From an uncultured Bacilli bacterium (GTDB lineage Bacteria > Bacillota_I > Bacilli_A > RF39 > UBA660): DNA of 64,000 nt. The notes under the pieces were generated by a model. That model worked only from the letters and a program-made list of their open reading frames with translations. It searched no databases and had not been told where the DNA came from. The stretch is from positions 22,282 through 86,281 of the forward strand of contig CALWAL010000002.1 in NCBI GenBank assembly GCA_944373145.1, in the 5' to 3' direction. The translations under genes and the position numbers were made by a program. Positions 48,271 to 59,157 of the stretch are shown here, piece after piece (the first letter of the stretch is position 1; every line of letters begins with the position of its first letter).

Positions 48271-48879
48271 TCAATCATCATTAGATATTTTTTTACGATT
48301 TTCGAGAGCTAATTCTAAAGTCAAAGAATCAACATAATCAATATCAGCACCAAGTGGTACACCATGAGCAATTTTAGAAACTAAAACATCTGATGATTTT
48401 AACATTTTAGAAATGTATAAAGAAGTGGTTTCCCCTTCAACACTTGGCTTAACAGCTAAAATTACCTCTTTAATTCCTTCTTTTTGAATTCTTTCTAACA
48501 GTTGTGGAATATGTATATCTTCAGGGTTAATACCATCTAATGGAGATATTAAACCATTAATAACATGATATTTGCCATTATATGTTCCCATTTTTTCAAA
48601 CATAATAATACTTTTAGGATCTTCAACTACACATAACATCTCTTGATCGCGAGAACTATCTTTGCAAATCTCACAGACATCATCTTCTGAATAATTATTG
48701 CATATTGAACATCTTTTTATTTTAGTTTTAACATCTTTTAATGATAAAGCAAAAACATCTACCACTTCTTGATCCAATTTTAAAATTGAAAGGGCCATTC
48801 TTTCAGCAGTTTTTTCTCCAACCCCAGGTAGTTTTTGAAAACATTCAATTAAATTTTGTAATGTTCGCGGATATTTCAT
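48271..48879 (-). CDS. recR: recombination protein RecR
   Basis: HhH N-terminus, C4 zinc finger CSICNNYSEDDVCEIC, and a Toprim domain. Confidence 0.95.
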   Translation of the reverse strand: MKYPRTLQNLIECFQKLPGVGEKTAERMALSILKLDQEVVDVFALSLKDVKTKIKRCSICNNYSEDDVCEICKDSSRDQEMLCVVEDPKSIIMFEKMGTYNGKYHVINGLISPLDGINPEDIHIPQLLERIQKEGIKEVILAVKPSVEGETTSLYISKMLKSSDVLVSKIAHGVPLGADIDYVDSLTLELALENRKKISNDD

Positions 48880-49178
48880 TAAAATAAACCTGCTGGCAAC
48901 CCTTTAGTATATGGTCCCATTTTTTCTTCTGTTGTTTTATCAACTTTCTTCATAGCATCATTAATAGCCACAATTATCATATCTTCTAACATTTCCATCT
49001 CATCTTTCTCAATACTCTCAGAATCAATAGAAATTGATTTTATTTCTTTTTTTCCTGTCATTTTAACAGTTACAATTGAAGATTTTCCTTCAAATTCCAT
49101 AGCTTCTATTTCTTTTTGAGCTTCCATCAATCCTCGTTGCATTTTTTGAGCTTGTTTTAACATTGCTTGCATATTCAT
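48879..49178 (-). CDS. ybaB: nucleoid-associated protein YbaB/EbfC
   Basis: MNMQAMLKQAQKMQRGLMEAQKEI…GLPAGLF. 99 aa. Confidence 0.9.
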   Translation of the reverse strand: MNMQAMLKQAQKMQRGLMEAQKEIEAMEFEGKSSIVTVKMTGKKEIKSISIDSESIEKDEMEMLEDMIIVAINDAMKKVDKTTEEKMGPYTKGLPAGLF

Positions 49179-49195
49179 TTTAAAAATCCTTCTTT

Positions 49196-50887
49196 CTATT
49201 CATATTCAACAAACGATTCAAATAAGTCGTCAATTTCAGTCTTTTTTTCTTCATTTTTCTTATTTTTTTCTTGACTTTGAAATATTTTTTCTAATGGAGT
49301 TAACTCCTCCTTAAAAATATACTGTTTTTTATTTTTATTATAAGATGTTTTAATATCGTCCCACTCTTCTTCTGAAACAGCTATTGGATAATACTTTTTG
49401 TTAAATGTTTCAATAAATATTTTTTCAAAATTAATTAACTCTAAATTAAAAGCATCTGCTAAAAGTTTTGTTTTATAAACAAATATTAAATTTTCATTAC
49501 TGATTGCTTTAAGTTCACCATCAAACAATAAAGAAACAAATTTACTGTAGTTTTCATTTACTAATAATGGTTTTAATTTTTCAAGTTTTTCTTTAAACTC
49601 ATTTTTACGTTTTTGAGAAACCGATACTAATGCGTTATTTATACGCACATTTTTTAATTCAATTAATTGTTCATTAATAATACTAGAAAATGGTTTTGTT
49701 GAGTTTATTAATAATGAACTCTCTTTTTCTTGATTTTTACTTTTTTCATCTTTTACAAAAGTTTGTGTATTAATTACCATTTTGTTTTCAGAAAATGGCT
49801 TTTTTTGGGCATTTTCTTCACTATCTTGACCTATTAATTTAATAATTTCTATTTCTAGCAAAATTTTATTATTACTATTATTTTTCATTTCATTTATTAA
49901 ATTAGAAAATGAATGAATATAATGATAAAGATTACTATTATTTGTCTTTTCTTTGATAGTCAAATAAAAATTATCACTTGTTTTAAAAAAATCAGGTGCA
50001 TTAGAATATAAAATAATATTTTTTAGTTCTTCAATAATACTTCTAACTATTTTTGACATACTTTTGCCTTTATTATCATATATTTCAATTTTTTCTAGGC
50101 ATTTTTCTAAATTTTTATCACAAATGTTTGTAATTATCATTCTAACTTCTTCTTTAGTAATACTACCATTAATATCATGAATATCTTGAACATTAATTAC
50201 ATCATCAGTATAAGCAACCGCTTGATCAAGTAAACTAATTGAATCACGCATACCACCATCTGATAAAAAAGCTATTTCCTTTAAAGCTTCATCAGTGATT
50301 TTTATTTTTTCATTATTAACGATTGTTTTAAGTCTAGTTACAATACAATCTTCAGATATTTTTTTAAAATCAAACCGTTGACATCTTGATAAAATTGTTG
50401 TTGGTATTTTATGTGGTTCTGTAGTTGCAAAAATAAAAATAATATGTCTTGGAGGTTCTTCTAATGTTTTTAATAAGGCATTAAAAGCCTGGTTAGTAAG
50501 CATATGAACCTCATCAATAATATAAATTTTATACTTACTATTAGAAGGAACTAAACTAATTTTATTTCGTATTTCACGTATTTCATCAACACCATTATTA
50601 GATGCTGCATCAATTTCAATAACATCAATATTTTGATTGTGATTAATTTGTATGCAAGAATTACATTGTTCACAAGCTTTAACACCATCTAAATTTAAAC
50701 AATTTAAAATTTTAGCATATATTTTAGCAATACTCGTTTTACCAGTTCCACGAGGTCCACAAAATAAATATGCATGGCTTACCATATCATTTTTGATAGC
50801 ATTGGTTAGTGTTTTTACAATCACATCTTGGCCAACAACATCTTCAAATGATTTTGGACGATATTTACGATATAAAGCTTGATACAT
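49196..50887 (-). CDS. dnaX: DNA polymerase III subunit gamma/tau
   Basis: AAA+ Walker A GPRGTGKTSIA, zinc module CEQCNSC, and SRC. Confidence 0.9.
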   Translation of the reverse strand: MYQALYRKYRPKSFEDVVGQDVIVKTLTNAIKNDMVSHAYLFCGPRGTGKTSIAKIYAKILNCLNLDGVKACEQCNSCIQINHNQNIDVIEIDAASNNGVDEIREIRNKISLVPSNSKYKIYIIDEVHMLTNQAFNALLKTLEEPPRHIIFIFATTEPHKIPTTILSRCQRFDFKKISEDCIVTRLKTIVNNEKIKITDEALKEIAFLSDGGMRDSISLLDQAVAYTDDVINVQDIHDINGSITKEEVRMIITNICDKNLEKCLEKIEIYDNKGKSMSKIVRSIIEELKNIILYSNAPDFFKTSDNFYLTIKEKTNNSNLYHYIHSFSNLINEMKNNSNNKILLEIEIIKLIGQDSEENAQKKPFSENKMVINTQTFVKDEKSKNQEKESSLLINSTKPFSSIINEQLIELKNVRINNALVSVSQKRKNEFKEKLEKLKPLLVNENYSKFVSLLFDGELKAISNENLIFVYKTKLLADAFNLELINFEKIFIETFNKKYYPIAVSEEEWDDIKTSYNKNKKQYIFKEELTPLEKIFQSQEKNKKNEEKKTEIDDLFESFVEYE

Positions 50888-50941
50888 AATTCACCTTCCA
50901 ACTACATTAATTATACACTTTTATAAGTATAAATAAAAGAT

Positions 50942-51388
50942 TTATTTTCTTTTACTTTCAAAAAAAGCACTCATCAAATTTTGACATTCATTTATACATA
51001 TACCTCGTTCAATTTCAACTTTATGATTATTAGATGGGTTATTTAAAACACTATCAAGGCTTTCAACATATCCAAATTTAGTATTTGGTGCACCATAAAC
51101 AACTTTTTTTATTCTTGATTGAATAATAGCTCCACAGCACATTAAACACGGCTCAATTGTTACATATAATTCACAATCATTTAATCTCCAATCCCCAGTA
51201 AATTTACATGCATTATTTATTGCTATTATTTCAGCATGACATAAAGGATTATTATTTTTTTCTTTAGTGTTATGAGCTCTAGCAATAATTTTTCCTTTTT
51301 GCACTATTACTGCTCCAATAGGAACTTCATCTTCATTAAAAGCTTTGTATGCTTCTATTAAAGCTTCTTTCATATATTTATTTGACAT
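50942..51388 (-). CDS. tadA: tRNA-specific adenosine deaminase TadA
   Basis: CDA zinc motifs HAEIIAI and PCLMCCGAI. Confidence 0.9.
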   Translation of the reverse strand: MSNKYMKEALIEAYKAFNEDEVPIGAVIVQKGKIIARAHNTKEKNNNPLCHAEIIAINNACKFTGDWRLNDCELYVTIEPCLMCCGAIIQSRIKKVVYGAPNTKFGYVESLDSVLNNPSNNHKVEIERGICINECQNLMSAFFESKRK

Positions 51389-51411
51389 AAGTCACCTCGT
51401 TTCATGTGAAA

Positions 51412-51491
51412 CAAAAAAAGCACACACATTCAGAGATTCTTAAGGCTGCTGTCTTCCGACTCTGACCTGATTCAAATATGAATGTTGTGCT
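51412..51491 (-). ncRNA. ffs: signal recognition particle RNA (small 4.5S-type SRP RNA, ffs/scr) with terminator U-tail
   Basis: The reverse strand reads GCACAACATTCAtatttgaatCAGGTCAGAGTCGGAAGACAGCAGCCttaagaatctcTGAATGTGTGTGC + TTTTTTT. The domain-IV core CAGGUCAG-GUCGGAAG-CAGCAGCC matches the universal SRP RNA motif (E. coli 4.5S: CAGGUCAGGUCCGGAAGGAAGCAGCC). The terminal helix GCACAACATTCA/TGAATGTGTGTGC closes the molecule. Confidence 0.6.
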
Positions 51492-51559
51492 AAAAATAAT
51501 AATAATTTAATAATTAAAAAAAGTCAAGTAAAAAGTTTCACGAGAAACAAAAAAGTGAC

Positions 51560-54148
51560 TTATTGGTCACTTTCTTTTGATTCATCAATTTTATTTGAAC
51601 CATTTTCTTCTACTGTAATCTTTTCTGCTTTATCTGATTCATTAGAATCGTCAGTATCTTCTGTATTATTTGCTAAAATAGCAATAGTGCTAACCTTTTG
51701 ATTATCTTTTAAATTAATTAATTTAACGCCTTGTGCAACTCGGCCAGTTTTACTTACTTGATCCAATGATAAACGAATAATAATTCCACTATCAGTCATA
51801 ATCATTAAATCTTCATGCCCTGTTACCAATTTAAATGCCACAATTGTTCCATTTTTCTCAGTAATATTCAAACCTTTAACACCTTTGCTGCCACGATGTG
51901 TCATGCGATACTCATCAACAATAGTCTTTTTACCATAACCATTTTCTGTAACAACTAATACTTCTTGATTACTTGTAGCAATCTCCAAACCAACAGCTTT
52001 TCCATCGCCTACTTCAATTCCCTTAACTCCTGATGCTGTACGTCCCATAACTCTAATTTCATCTTCTTTAAATCTAATCATGCGTCCATTTGTTGAAGCA
52101 ATTAATATTTCATCAGCACCGTCAGTTTTTTGAACTGAAATTAATTCATCGTCTTCTTTTAAAGTAATAGCTATTTTACCATTTGATCGAATATTATCAA
52201 ATTCTTCTATTTTAGTACGTTTTACTAAACCATTACGAGTACAGAATACTAAGTATTGTTTTGAATCGTAATTTTCTATTTTAACCATGGCATTAACAAT
52301 TTCACCTTTTTCAATTGGTAGTAAATTAATGATTGGAATACCTTTAGAATGACGATTAAATAATGGAATTTCATATCCTTTCATACGATATACTTTACCT
52401 TTGTTAGTAAAGAATAATAAATAATCGTGAGTCGTTAAGGATAACATATTTTCAACAAAGTCATCATCGCTAGTAGTCATACCTTTAATTCCAACTCCAC
52501 CACGATTTTGTGTTTTATATGTTTCACTTGTAATACGTTTAATATATCCTTTATTTGTCAAAGAAATAACAATATCTTCTTCAGGTATTAAAGATTCATC
52601 TTCAATGTAATCAATTGCTGACATATCAATTGTAGTTCTTCGCTCATCAGCATATTTATCTTTAATTTCAAGCATTTCTTTTTTGATAATTTCTAATACT
52701 TTATCCATGTTTCCTAAAATTGTTTTATATTCTGCAATTAACTCTAATAATTCTTTTAATTCAGCTTCAATTTTTTCCCGTTCTAGACCAGTTAAACGTC
52801 TTAATTTTAGTTCCAAGATAGCTTCAGATTGTATTTCTGTTAATCCAAAGCGTGTCATTAATTTTTCTTTAGCTTCAATATCACTTTCTGCGTTCTTAAT
52901 TATTTTAATTACTTCATCAATATTATCTTGAGCTATTTTATATCCTTCTAAAATATGTACTCTATTTTCAGCTTTTTCTAAATCATAACGTGTGCGGCGA
53001 ATAATAACGACTTTTTGATGTTCTATATATTTGGCAATTATATCCTTAAGCCCTAAAGTTTTTGGCGTACGATCATCAATAACTAAAAGAATAATACCAT
53101 AATTTATTTGAAAATTAGTATGTTTATATAAATTATTTAATACAACTTGTGCATTAGCATCTCTTTTAAGGGTAATAGTAATTTTAACACCATCTTTTAA
53201 ATCGGTATGATAATCAGCTATACCCTCAATAACTTTATTATGTACTAATTCTGCTACTTTATTTTTTAGTTCTAAAGTATTAACACCGTATGGAACTTCT
53301 GTAATAATAATGTTACTGTGATTTCCTTCTTCTTCAATAACAGCTTTACTACGAATAGTTATTGAACCACGACCAGTTTCATAGGCTTTTTTAATGCCTG
53401 AATTACCTAAAATAATTCCACCTGTTGGAAAATCTGGACCTTTAATATATTGCATTAATCCTAATGTGTCTATATCTGGATTATCAATATATGCAATACA
53501 ACCGTCAATAACTTCACCCAAATTATGGGGTGGAATATTAGTAGCCATTCCTACCGCAATACCCATTGAACCGTTAACTAAAACATTAGGAAATCTTGAT
53601 GGTAGAACAGTAGGTTCTTTACTAGTAACATCAAAATTCCAATCCATATCTACAGTATTCTTTTTTATATCTCTAAGTAATTCCAAAGAAATTTTAGATA
53701 ATCTTGCTTCAGTATAACGATAAGCTGCTGCACCATCTCCTTCAATATTTCCAAAGTTTCCGTGCCCATCAACTAACATATATCTTTGATTAAAATCTTG
53801 TGCTAAACGAACCATTGCATCATAAATACTTGAATCACCATGTGGATGATAATGACCCATAACATACCCAACTGTAGTTGCGGACTTTTTATGCGGTTTA
53901 TCGGGCGTATTTCCTTCTTCAAACATTGACCATAAGATACGACGATGAACAGGTTTTAGACCATCTCGCAAGTCCGGAATAGCACGAGATGTAATAACAC
54001 TCATTGAATAATCAAGAAATGAGTTTTTTACTTCATCAACAATATTATTTTCTGATAAACTATCTCTTTCATGGAATGTTCCACCAAAATTATCATTTTC
54101 ATTTATTTGTTCTTCAGTTAAATTTTCTTCTTTTTCCAATGGAAACAC
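51560..54148 (-). CDS. gyrA: DNA gyrase subunit A
   Basis: Active site …AAAYRYTEARL…, QRDR-type region, C-terminal beta-pinwheel, and an acidic tail. Confidence 0.97.
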   Translation of the reverse strand: MFPLEKEENLTEEQINENDNFGGTFHERDSLSENNIVDEVKNSFLDYSMSVITSRAIPDLRDGLKPVHRRILWSMFEEGNTPDKPHKKSATTVGYVMGHYHPHGDSSIYDAMVRLAQDFNQRYMLVDGHGNFGNIEGDGAAAYRYTEARLSKISLELLRDIKKNTVDMDWNFDVTSKEPTVLPSRFPNVLVNGSMGIAVGMATNIPPHNLGEVIDGCIAYIDNPDIDTLGLMQYIKGPDFPTGGIILGNSGIKKAYETGRGSITIRSKAVIEEEGNHSNIIITEVPYGVNTLELKNKVAELVHNKVIEGIADYHTDLKDGVKITITLKRDANAQVVLNNLYKHTNFQINYGIILLVIDDRTPKTLGLKDIIAKYIEHQKVVIIRRTRYDLEKAENRVHILEGYKIAQDNIDEVIKIIKNAESDIEAKEKLMTRFGLTEIQSEAILELKLRRLTGLEREKIEAELKELLELIAEYKTILGNMDKVLEIIKKEMLEIKDKYADERRTTIDMSAIDYIEDESLIPEEDIVISLTNKGYIKRITSETYKTQNRGGVGIKGMTTSDDDFVENMLSLTTHDYLLFFTNKGKVYRMKGYEIPLFNRHSKGIPIINLLPIEKGEIVNAMVKIENYDSKQYLVFCTRNGLVKRTKIEEFDNIRSNGKIAITLKEDDELISVQKTDGADEILIASTNGRMIRFKEDEIRVMGRTASGVKGIEVGDGKAVGLEIATSNQEVLVVTENGYGKKTIVDEYRMTHRGSKGVKGLNITEKNGTIVAFKLVTGHEDLMIMTDSGIIIRLSLDQVSKTGRVAQGVKLINLKDNQKVSTIAILANNTEDTDDSNESDKAEKITVEENGSNKIDESKESDQ

Positions 54149-54151
54149 CTC

Positions 54152-56077
54152 CTATATATCTAAGTTTTCTACAAATTTAGCGTTTTCTTCAATAAATGCG
54201 CGTCTTGGCTCAACTTCATCGCCCATAAGCTTTTCAAAAATGGCATCAGCTGCTACACAATCATCAACTGTAATTTTGCGCAATGTTCTCTTCTCAATAT
54301 CCATTGTTGTTTCATTTAATTCTGTTGCATCCATTTCTCCTAAACCTTTCATACGAGCAATTTCAACACGATTACGTACGTTTTCAGGTAAAGAGGCTAA
54401 ATAATCATCTTTTTCTTTTTCATCTAATACATATTTTCTAGTTTTACCATGCATTATTCTAAACAACGGGGGTTGTGCCGCATAAACATGGCCTGCCTCA
54501 ACAATTGGCTTAAAATAACGATAAAATAAAGTTAATAATAAAACACGAATATGTGAACCATCAACATCGGCATCAGTCATAATAATAATTTTATTATATC
54601 GTAATTTTTCTAAGTTAAATTCAGCACCAATACCTGTTCCAAAAGCTGTAATAATTGTTCTTATTTCTTCATTACCTAAAGCTCGATCTATTCTTGTTTT
54701 TTCAACATTTAAAATTTTTCCGCGTAGAGGCAAAATAGCTTGGGTCATAGAATCACGACCTTTTTTTGCACTACCACCAGCTGAATCTCCCTCGACAATA
54801 AAAATTTCAGATACGCTTGGATCCTTACTTTTACAATCTGATAATTTACCAAAGAAATTTGTTGTTGCTAAATCGCTTTTACGAGTTATCTCACGTGCTT
54901 TTTTAGCTGCATTACGTGCTCGACATGCTAACATTGCTTTTTCAATAATTGCATGAGCTGAATCAGGATTTTCTAATAAAAAAGACTCAAATCCTGCCGA
55001 AAAAACATTATCAGCTAATTTTCTAACTTCTGAATTTCCTAAACGACCTTTTGTCTGCCCTTCAAATTGAGGATTAGGATGTTTACAAGAAATAATCATA
55101 GTTAATCCTTCTTTAACATCATCTCCAGTTAAAGACTCATCTTTTTCCTTTAAAATATTATTTTTACGAGCATAATTGTTAATAACCCTCGTCAAAGCAC
55201 GCTTAACGCCATCTTCATGCGTACCACCGTCATGGGTATTTATGTTATTAACAAAAGAATATATATTCTCATTATATCCTGTATTATATTGTAAAGCTAC
55301 TTCAAACATTACATTATCTTCTTCACCTTTTAAGTGAATGATATCATCATGAATAACAGTTTTACCTTGATTAATAAATTTAACATATTCAGATATACCA
55401 CCATCATACATAAATGATTCACCCGTAGTATCCTCTTCATCACGATCATCTCGTAAAGTTAGATTTAAGCCTTGATTTAAAAAAGCTAGTTCTCTGATTC
55501 TGACTTTTAATGTATTATAATCGTAAATATCCGTATCAAATATATCAGGATCTGGTTTAAAAGTAACCCACGTTCCCGTACGATTGTCTTCACATTCACC
55601 TATTATTTTAAGTGGATCTACAGCATGACCTCCATTTTCAAAACGCACAAAATAAATTTTACCATTTTTATAAACTGTTACTTCAACCCACTTTGATAAC
55701 GCATTTACAACCGACGCTCCTACTCCATGTAATCCTCCAGATACTTTATAGCCTCCGCCACCAAATTTACCGCCGGCATGCAATACAGTATAAACTGTTT
55801 CAACCGTAGATAATTTCGTCTTAGGATGAATATCAACGGGAATTCCACGACCATCATCTTTAACTGTAATCGAATTTCCTTTATTAATGATAACCTCAAT
55901 ATTATTGCAGTAACCAGCTAAAGACTCATCGATTGCATTATCAACGATTTCCCATACCAAATGATGTAAACCTTTAACATCAGTTGTTCCAATATACATA
56001 CCAGGTCTTTTTCTTACTGCCTCTAACCCCTCTAAAACTTGGATATCAGAAGCATCATAATGTTGTTCTTCATTCAT
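54152..56077 (-). CDS. gyrB: DNA gyrase subunit B
   Basis: GHKL ATPase (…[30 protein letters not shown]…), a Toprim domain with EGDSAGG, and [10 protein letters not shown]. Confidence 0.97.
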   Translation of the reverse strand: MNEEQHYDASDIQVLEGLEAVRKRPGMYIGTTDVKGLHHLVWEIVDNAIDESLAGYCNNIEVIINKGNSITVKDDGRGIPVDIHPKTKLSTVETVYTVLHAGGKFGGGGYKVSGGLHGVGASVVNALSKWVEVTVYKNGKIYFVRFENGGHAVDPLKIIGECEDNRTGTWVTFKPDPDIFDTDIYDYNTLKVRIRELAFLNQGLNLTLRDDRDEEDTTGESFMYDGGISEYVKFINQGKTVIHDDIIHLKGEEDNVMFEVALQYNTGYNENIYSFVNNINTHDGGTHEDGVKRALTRVINNYARKNNILKEKDESLTGDDVKEGLTMIISCKHPNPQFEGQTKGRLGNSEVRKLADNVFSAGFESFLLENPDSAHAIIEKAMLACRARNAAKKAREITRKSDLATTNFFGKLSDCKSKDPSVSEIFIVEGDSAGGSAKKGRDSMTQAILPLRGKILNVEKTRIDRALGNEEIRTIITAFGTGIGAEFNLEKLRYNKIIIMTDADVDGSHIRVLLLTLFYRYFKPIVEAGHVYAAQPPLFRIMHGKTRKYVLDEKEKDDYLASLPENVRNRVEIARMKGLGEMDATELNETTMDIEKRTLRKITVDDCVAADAIFEKLMGDEVEPRRAFIEENAKFVENLDI

Positions 56078-57200
56078 TGTCTTTCACCTCTTTAATTTTA
56101 GTTAACTTTCCCTTTTCTATCTTAAATAATTTAGCTTTTTTAACTAGTCTACCATCTAAATTATTTAATTCAGTTGTTGTAATAATTGTTTGAATATCCT
56201 TACTAATATATTTAATAAGATTATTTTTTTTATCATCAGATAATTCACTAAAAACATCGTCTAATAATAATATAGGAGTTGTTTCTTTATATTTTTTAAA
56301 AATAGGTATTTCAGCTAATTTAAGAGTCAAAACAGCTACACGTTGTTGCCCTTGAGAGCCATATAATTTTAAATTATTAGAACCTACCATGAAATTAAAA
56401 TCATCTTTATGCGGTCCTAGTGTAGTTATACACATTCTTTGTTCATAATCTAATTGATTTCGATATTGCTCAAATAGTTTTTCTTTTAACTTTGGATCTT
56501 TCATATCTTTAATTTTCAAATTAGAAATATATTCAATATGAAAACCATCTAGTCCCATAATATCTTTATAAATTTGTGCACACGTTTCATTTATTTTTTC
56601 AATAAATTTATAGCGCATTTGATATATAATAATTGCTTTTTCAATTAAATAAGAAGTTATAATGTCAAAATAGTTCATATCAAAATTTTGTCCCTTATTC
56701 ATTTTTTTCAAATACTCATTTCGCATTTTTAAAAGTTTATTATAATCATTAAGCACTACAAAATAACTATTATATAACTGTGACAGCTCCATATTTAAAT
56801 ATTTTCTTCTCAATTGCGGAGAACCTTTCAAAATTTCTAAATCATCAGGATAAAAAATGATTATATTAACATTTGATATATAATCACTTACTTTTTTTAC
56901 CGACAAACCATCAATTTCATAACTTTTTGATTTATTATCAATTACAATTTGTAAATTTTTATCAAATAAATCTCCACTAACAGTCCCTTTTATCAAAAGT
57001 GACTCACAATTATTCTTTATTAAATTATTATCAATAAAGGAACGGTGCGATTTGGTTAATCCCAAAACATAAATACTTTCTAACAAATTTGTTTTTCCTT
57101 GAGCGTTATCACCATAAATAATATTTATACCTTTATAAAAACGTGTCATTAATTTTTCATAATTTCGAAAATTATGGAGTTCTATTTTTTTTAAAATCAT
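56070..57200 (-). CDS. recF: DNA replication/repair protein RecF
   Basis: Walker [15 protein letters not shown], signature and D-loop [11 protein letters not shown]. Confidence 0.9.
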   Translation of the reverse strand: MILKKIELHNFRNYEKLMTRFYKGINIIYGDNAQGKTNLLESIYVLGLTKSHRSFIDNNLIKNNCESLLIKGTVSGDLFDKNLQIVIDNKSKSYEIDGLSVKKVSDYISNVNIIIFYPDDLEILKGSPQLRRKYLNMELSQLYNSYFVVLNDYNKLLKMRNEYLKKMNKGQNFDMNYFDIITSYLIEKAIIIYQMRYKFIEKINETCAQIYKDIMGLDGFHIEYISNLKIKDMKDPKLKEKLFEQYRNQLDYEQRMCITTLGPHKDDFNFMVGSNNLKLYGSQGQQRVAVLTLKLAEIPIFKKYKETTPILLLDDVFSELSDDKKNNLIKYISKDIQTIITTTELNNLDGRLVKKAKLFKIEKGKLTKIKEVKDNE

Positions 57201-57322
57201 AGAAGCACCTCTTTTTTTAAATTTAATGGCTCATTTTTAAGAAACATCTCAAAATAGTACTTCCGTACTAACAATACCATTATATCATATTTTGGGGCAA
57301 AAAAATAAAAAAATAGGAAAGA

Positions 57323-57781
57323 TTACCTATTTTTTATACTTTTTATATCATATAATCTAGATTTTAAGCGAGCAGCTCGACTAAATTGATTATCAATGGA
57401 ATAATACGAGATAGGAACTTCTATCTCTTGTTTGTTTTCAAAAATAATTTTAGTACCTAAATAAGATGATGAATACTTTTGAATTTTATTAAAAGCAATC
57501 CATGCATTATCCGTACAACGATATGAAGAAGTCGGAAAAAATATAATATTACGACTTTCTTCAATAATAATAGGAAATTTAGATTTGATACCAGTTAAAT
57601 ACTTAGTTCCTTCACATCTACCTTGATAAGAACTACCATAAAATTTACAATTATAATCAATTAACCTATTTGTATTTTGACTAACAATATAATCTGCTTC
57701 TTCTTCATAAACATGCGATGTATGCTCATCAATCGGTACAATTGCTAAAGTAGAAGCATTGATTTCATATTCTTCTATCAT
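57323..57781 (-). CDS. ComK-family protein (competence transcription factor homologue)
   Basis: Three collinear blocks match B. subtilis ComK as recalled. YEINASTLAIVPIDEH vs YEVNGATIAVLPEEIDG. YNCKFYGSSYQGRCEGT…FPIIIEESRNIIFFPTSS vs RSCRFFGSSYAGRKAGT…PPIMVDPSNQIFLFPTLS. IEVPISYYSIDNQFSRAARLKSRL vs MELPISYNSFENQVYRTAWLRTKF. 152 aa, shorter than ComK (192 aa) at the C-terminus. Confidence 0.7.
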   Translation of the reverse strand: MIEEYEINASTLAIVPIDEHTSHVYEEEADYIVSQNTNRLIDYNCKFYGSSYQGRCEGTKYLTGIKSKFPIIIEESRNIIFFPTSSYRCTDNAWIAFNKIQKYSSSYLGTKIIFENKQEIEVPISYYSIDNQFSRAARLKSRLYDIKSIKNR

Positions 57782-57891
57782 AGCACACCTCCCCCTAATT
57801 CAAATTGAATAATCTTCTTATACTCCACAAAATAGTCGAATTTTATCATAAAAAGTCGACAATAGAAAATTTTGTAAAAAAAAAGAACATT

Positions 57892-59013
57892 TTAATATGT
57901 TCTTATTGGTAAAATCAATTGTAATAAAGTATCTGATTGTCCATCTGTAATAATTATAGGTTTAATTTCTCCATTATATTTAATTTCTATTTCATCACTA
58001 TTAAAGATTTTTATTGCATCCATCATATATTTTGAACTAAAAGAGATTTTAACATTTTCATCAATCTTTGTTTCTAATTCAACACGTTCTTCAACTGTTC
58101 CAATTTCTGGAATATTTGATGAAATTAATAAATAATCGCCTTTGCTTTCCAATTTAATAATATTTTTTTCTTCCTCACTAGTAAGTAAAGAAGCGCGATC
58201 AATAGCATTATAAAAATTATTTAAATTAACTTTAATATTTACCAAAAACTCTGTTGGTATCAACTTATTAGTATCAGGATAAGAATCATTAATAAGTCTT
58301 GACATAATAATTAAACTATTAAAATTAAAAATAATTTTATTAGTGAAAATATGTACTTCTAAATTATCCTCTTCTGAATTTAGTAACCTTGTCACCTCAA
58401 GTAAATTCTTTGCAGGAACAATAATATTAATATCTTGATCAACAAAAGAGTCTAAAGTTATTTCTTTACGTGCTAAACGATAAGAATCGGTAGCAGTACA
58501 TTCTAATTTATTTTCTCTAATTTTAAAATTAATTCCTGTCAAAACAGGTCTTGATTCTTGTGTAGAAGTTGCAAATATAGTTTGATTAATTGATGTTTTG
58601 AAAGCTTGTTGATTAATAACAAGTGGATTTTTACTAAATTCTAAATCTAATTTAGGAAAATCACTAACATTATTACAATTTAATTTAAAAGATGATGTAT
58701 TAGTTGTAATTAATAATTGAGATGACATAATTTCTTCTAAATTAATAATTTCATTTGAAAGTTTTCTAACTATATCATATATATATTTACCAGATACTAC
58801 CATATCTCCTAATTCATCAATTTCATCAATTTCTTTTGCGTCTATAAAAGTCTTAATAGCAATTTCATTATCAGTACTCATTAAATATAAGCCTTCTTTA
58901 ACTAAATCAAACTTAATACAGTTTAGAATAGGAATTAAGTTTTTATTAGATATTCCTTTAATAACATAATTTAAATGTTCCATTAATACTTTTTGTTTTA
59001 TTTTTAATTTCAT
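57892..59013 (-). CDS. dnaN: DNA polymerase III beta subunit (sliding clamp)
   Basis: 373 aa with three-domain clamp architecture. Canonical position after dnaA. Confidence 0.9.
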   Translation of the reverse strand: MKLKIKQKVLMEHLNYVIKGISNKNLIPILNCIKFDLVKEGLYLMSTDNEIAIKTFIDAKEIDEIDELGDMVVSGKYIYDIVRKLSNEIINLEEIMSSQLLITTNTSSFKLNCNNVSDFPKLDLEFSKNPLVINQQAFKTSINQTIFATSTQESRPVLTGINFKIRENKLECTATDSYRLARKEITLDSFVDQDINIIVPAKNLLEVTRLLNSEEDNLEVHIFTNKIIFNFNSLIIMSRLINDSYPDTNKLIPTEFLVNIKVNLNNFYNAIDRASLLTSEEEKNIIKLESKGDYLLISSNIPEIGTVEERVELETKIDENVKISFSSKYMMDAIKIFNSDEIEIKYNGEIKPIIITDGQSDTLLQLILPIRTY

Positions 59014-59039
59014 ATCAATTCCTCTTTCTTTTTTATTAT

Positions 59040-59157
59040 AAATATATTATTTATATTATTAATGTGCATTTGTGTGCATAACTCTATTTTTACTTTATTT
59101 TATAAAGGTTAAAACTATGTGCATAAAATGTTCATTATTATTTTTTATGCACATTTA
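59040..59157. promoter_or_regulatory. oriC segment (dnaA-dnaN spacer) with DnaA boxes and an AT-rich unwinding region
   Basis: TGTGCATAA at 59073-59081 and 59118-59126, TTATGCACA at 59145-59153, plus partial ATGTGCATT at 59062. The 145-bp intergenic region is otherwise over 85% A+T. Confidence 0.6.

Noticed and set aside
52683-53717. 82-aa and 107-aa plus-strand ORFs
   Set aside because: Both lie antisense within gyrA, with no independent signals.
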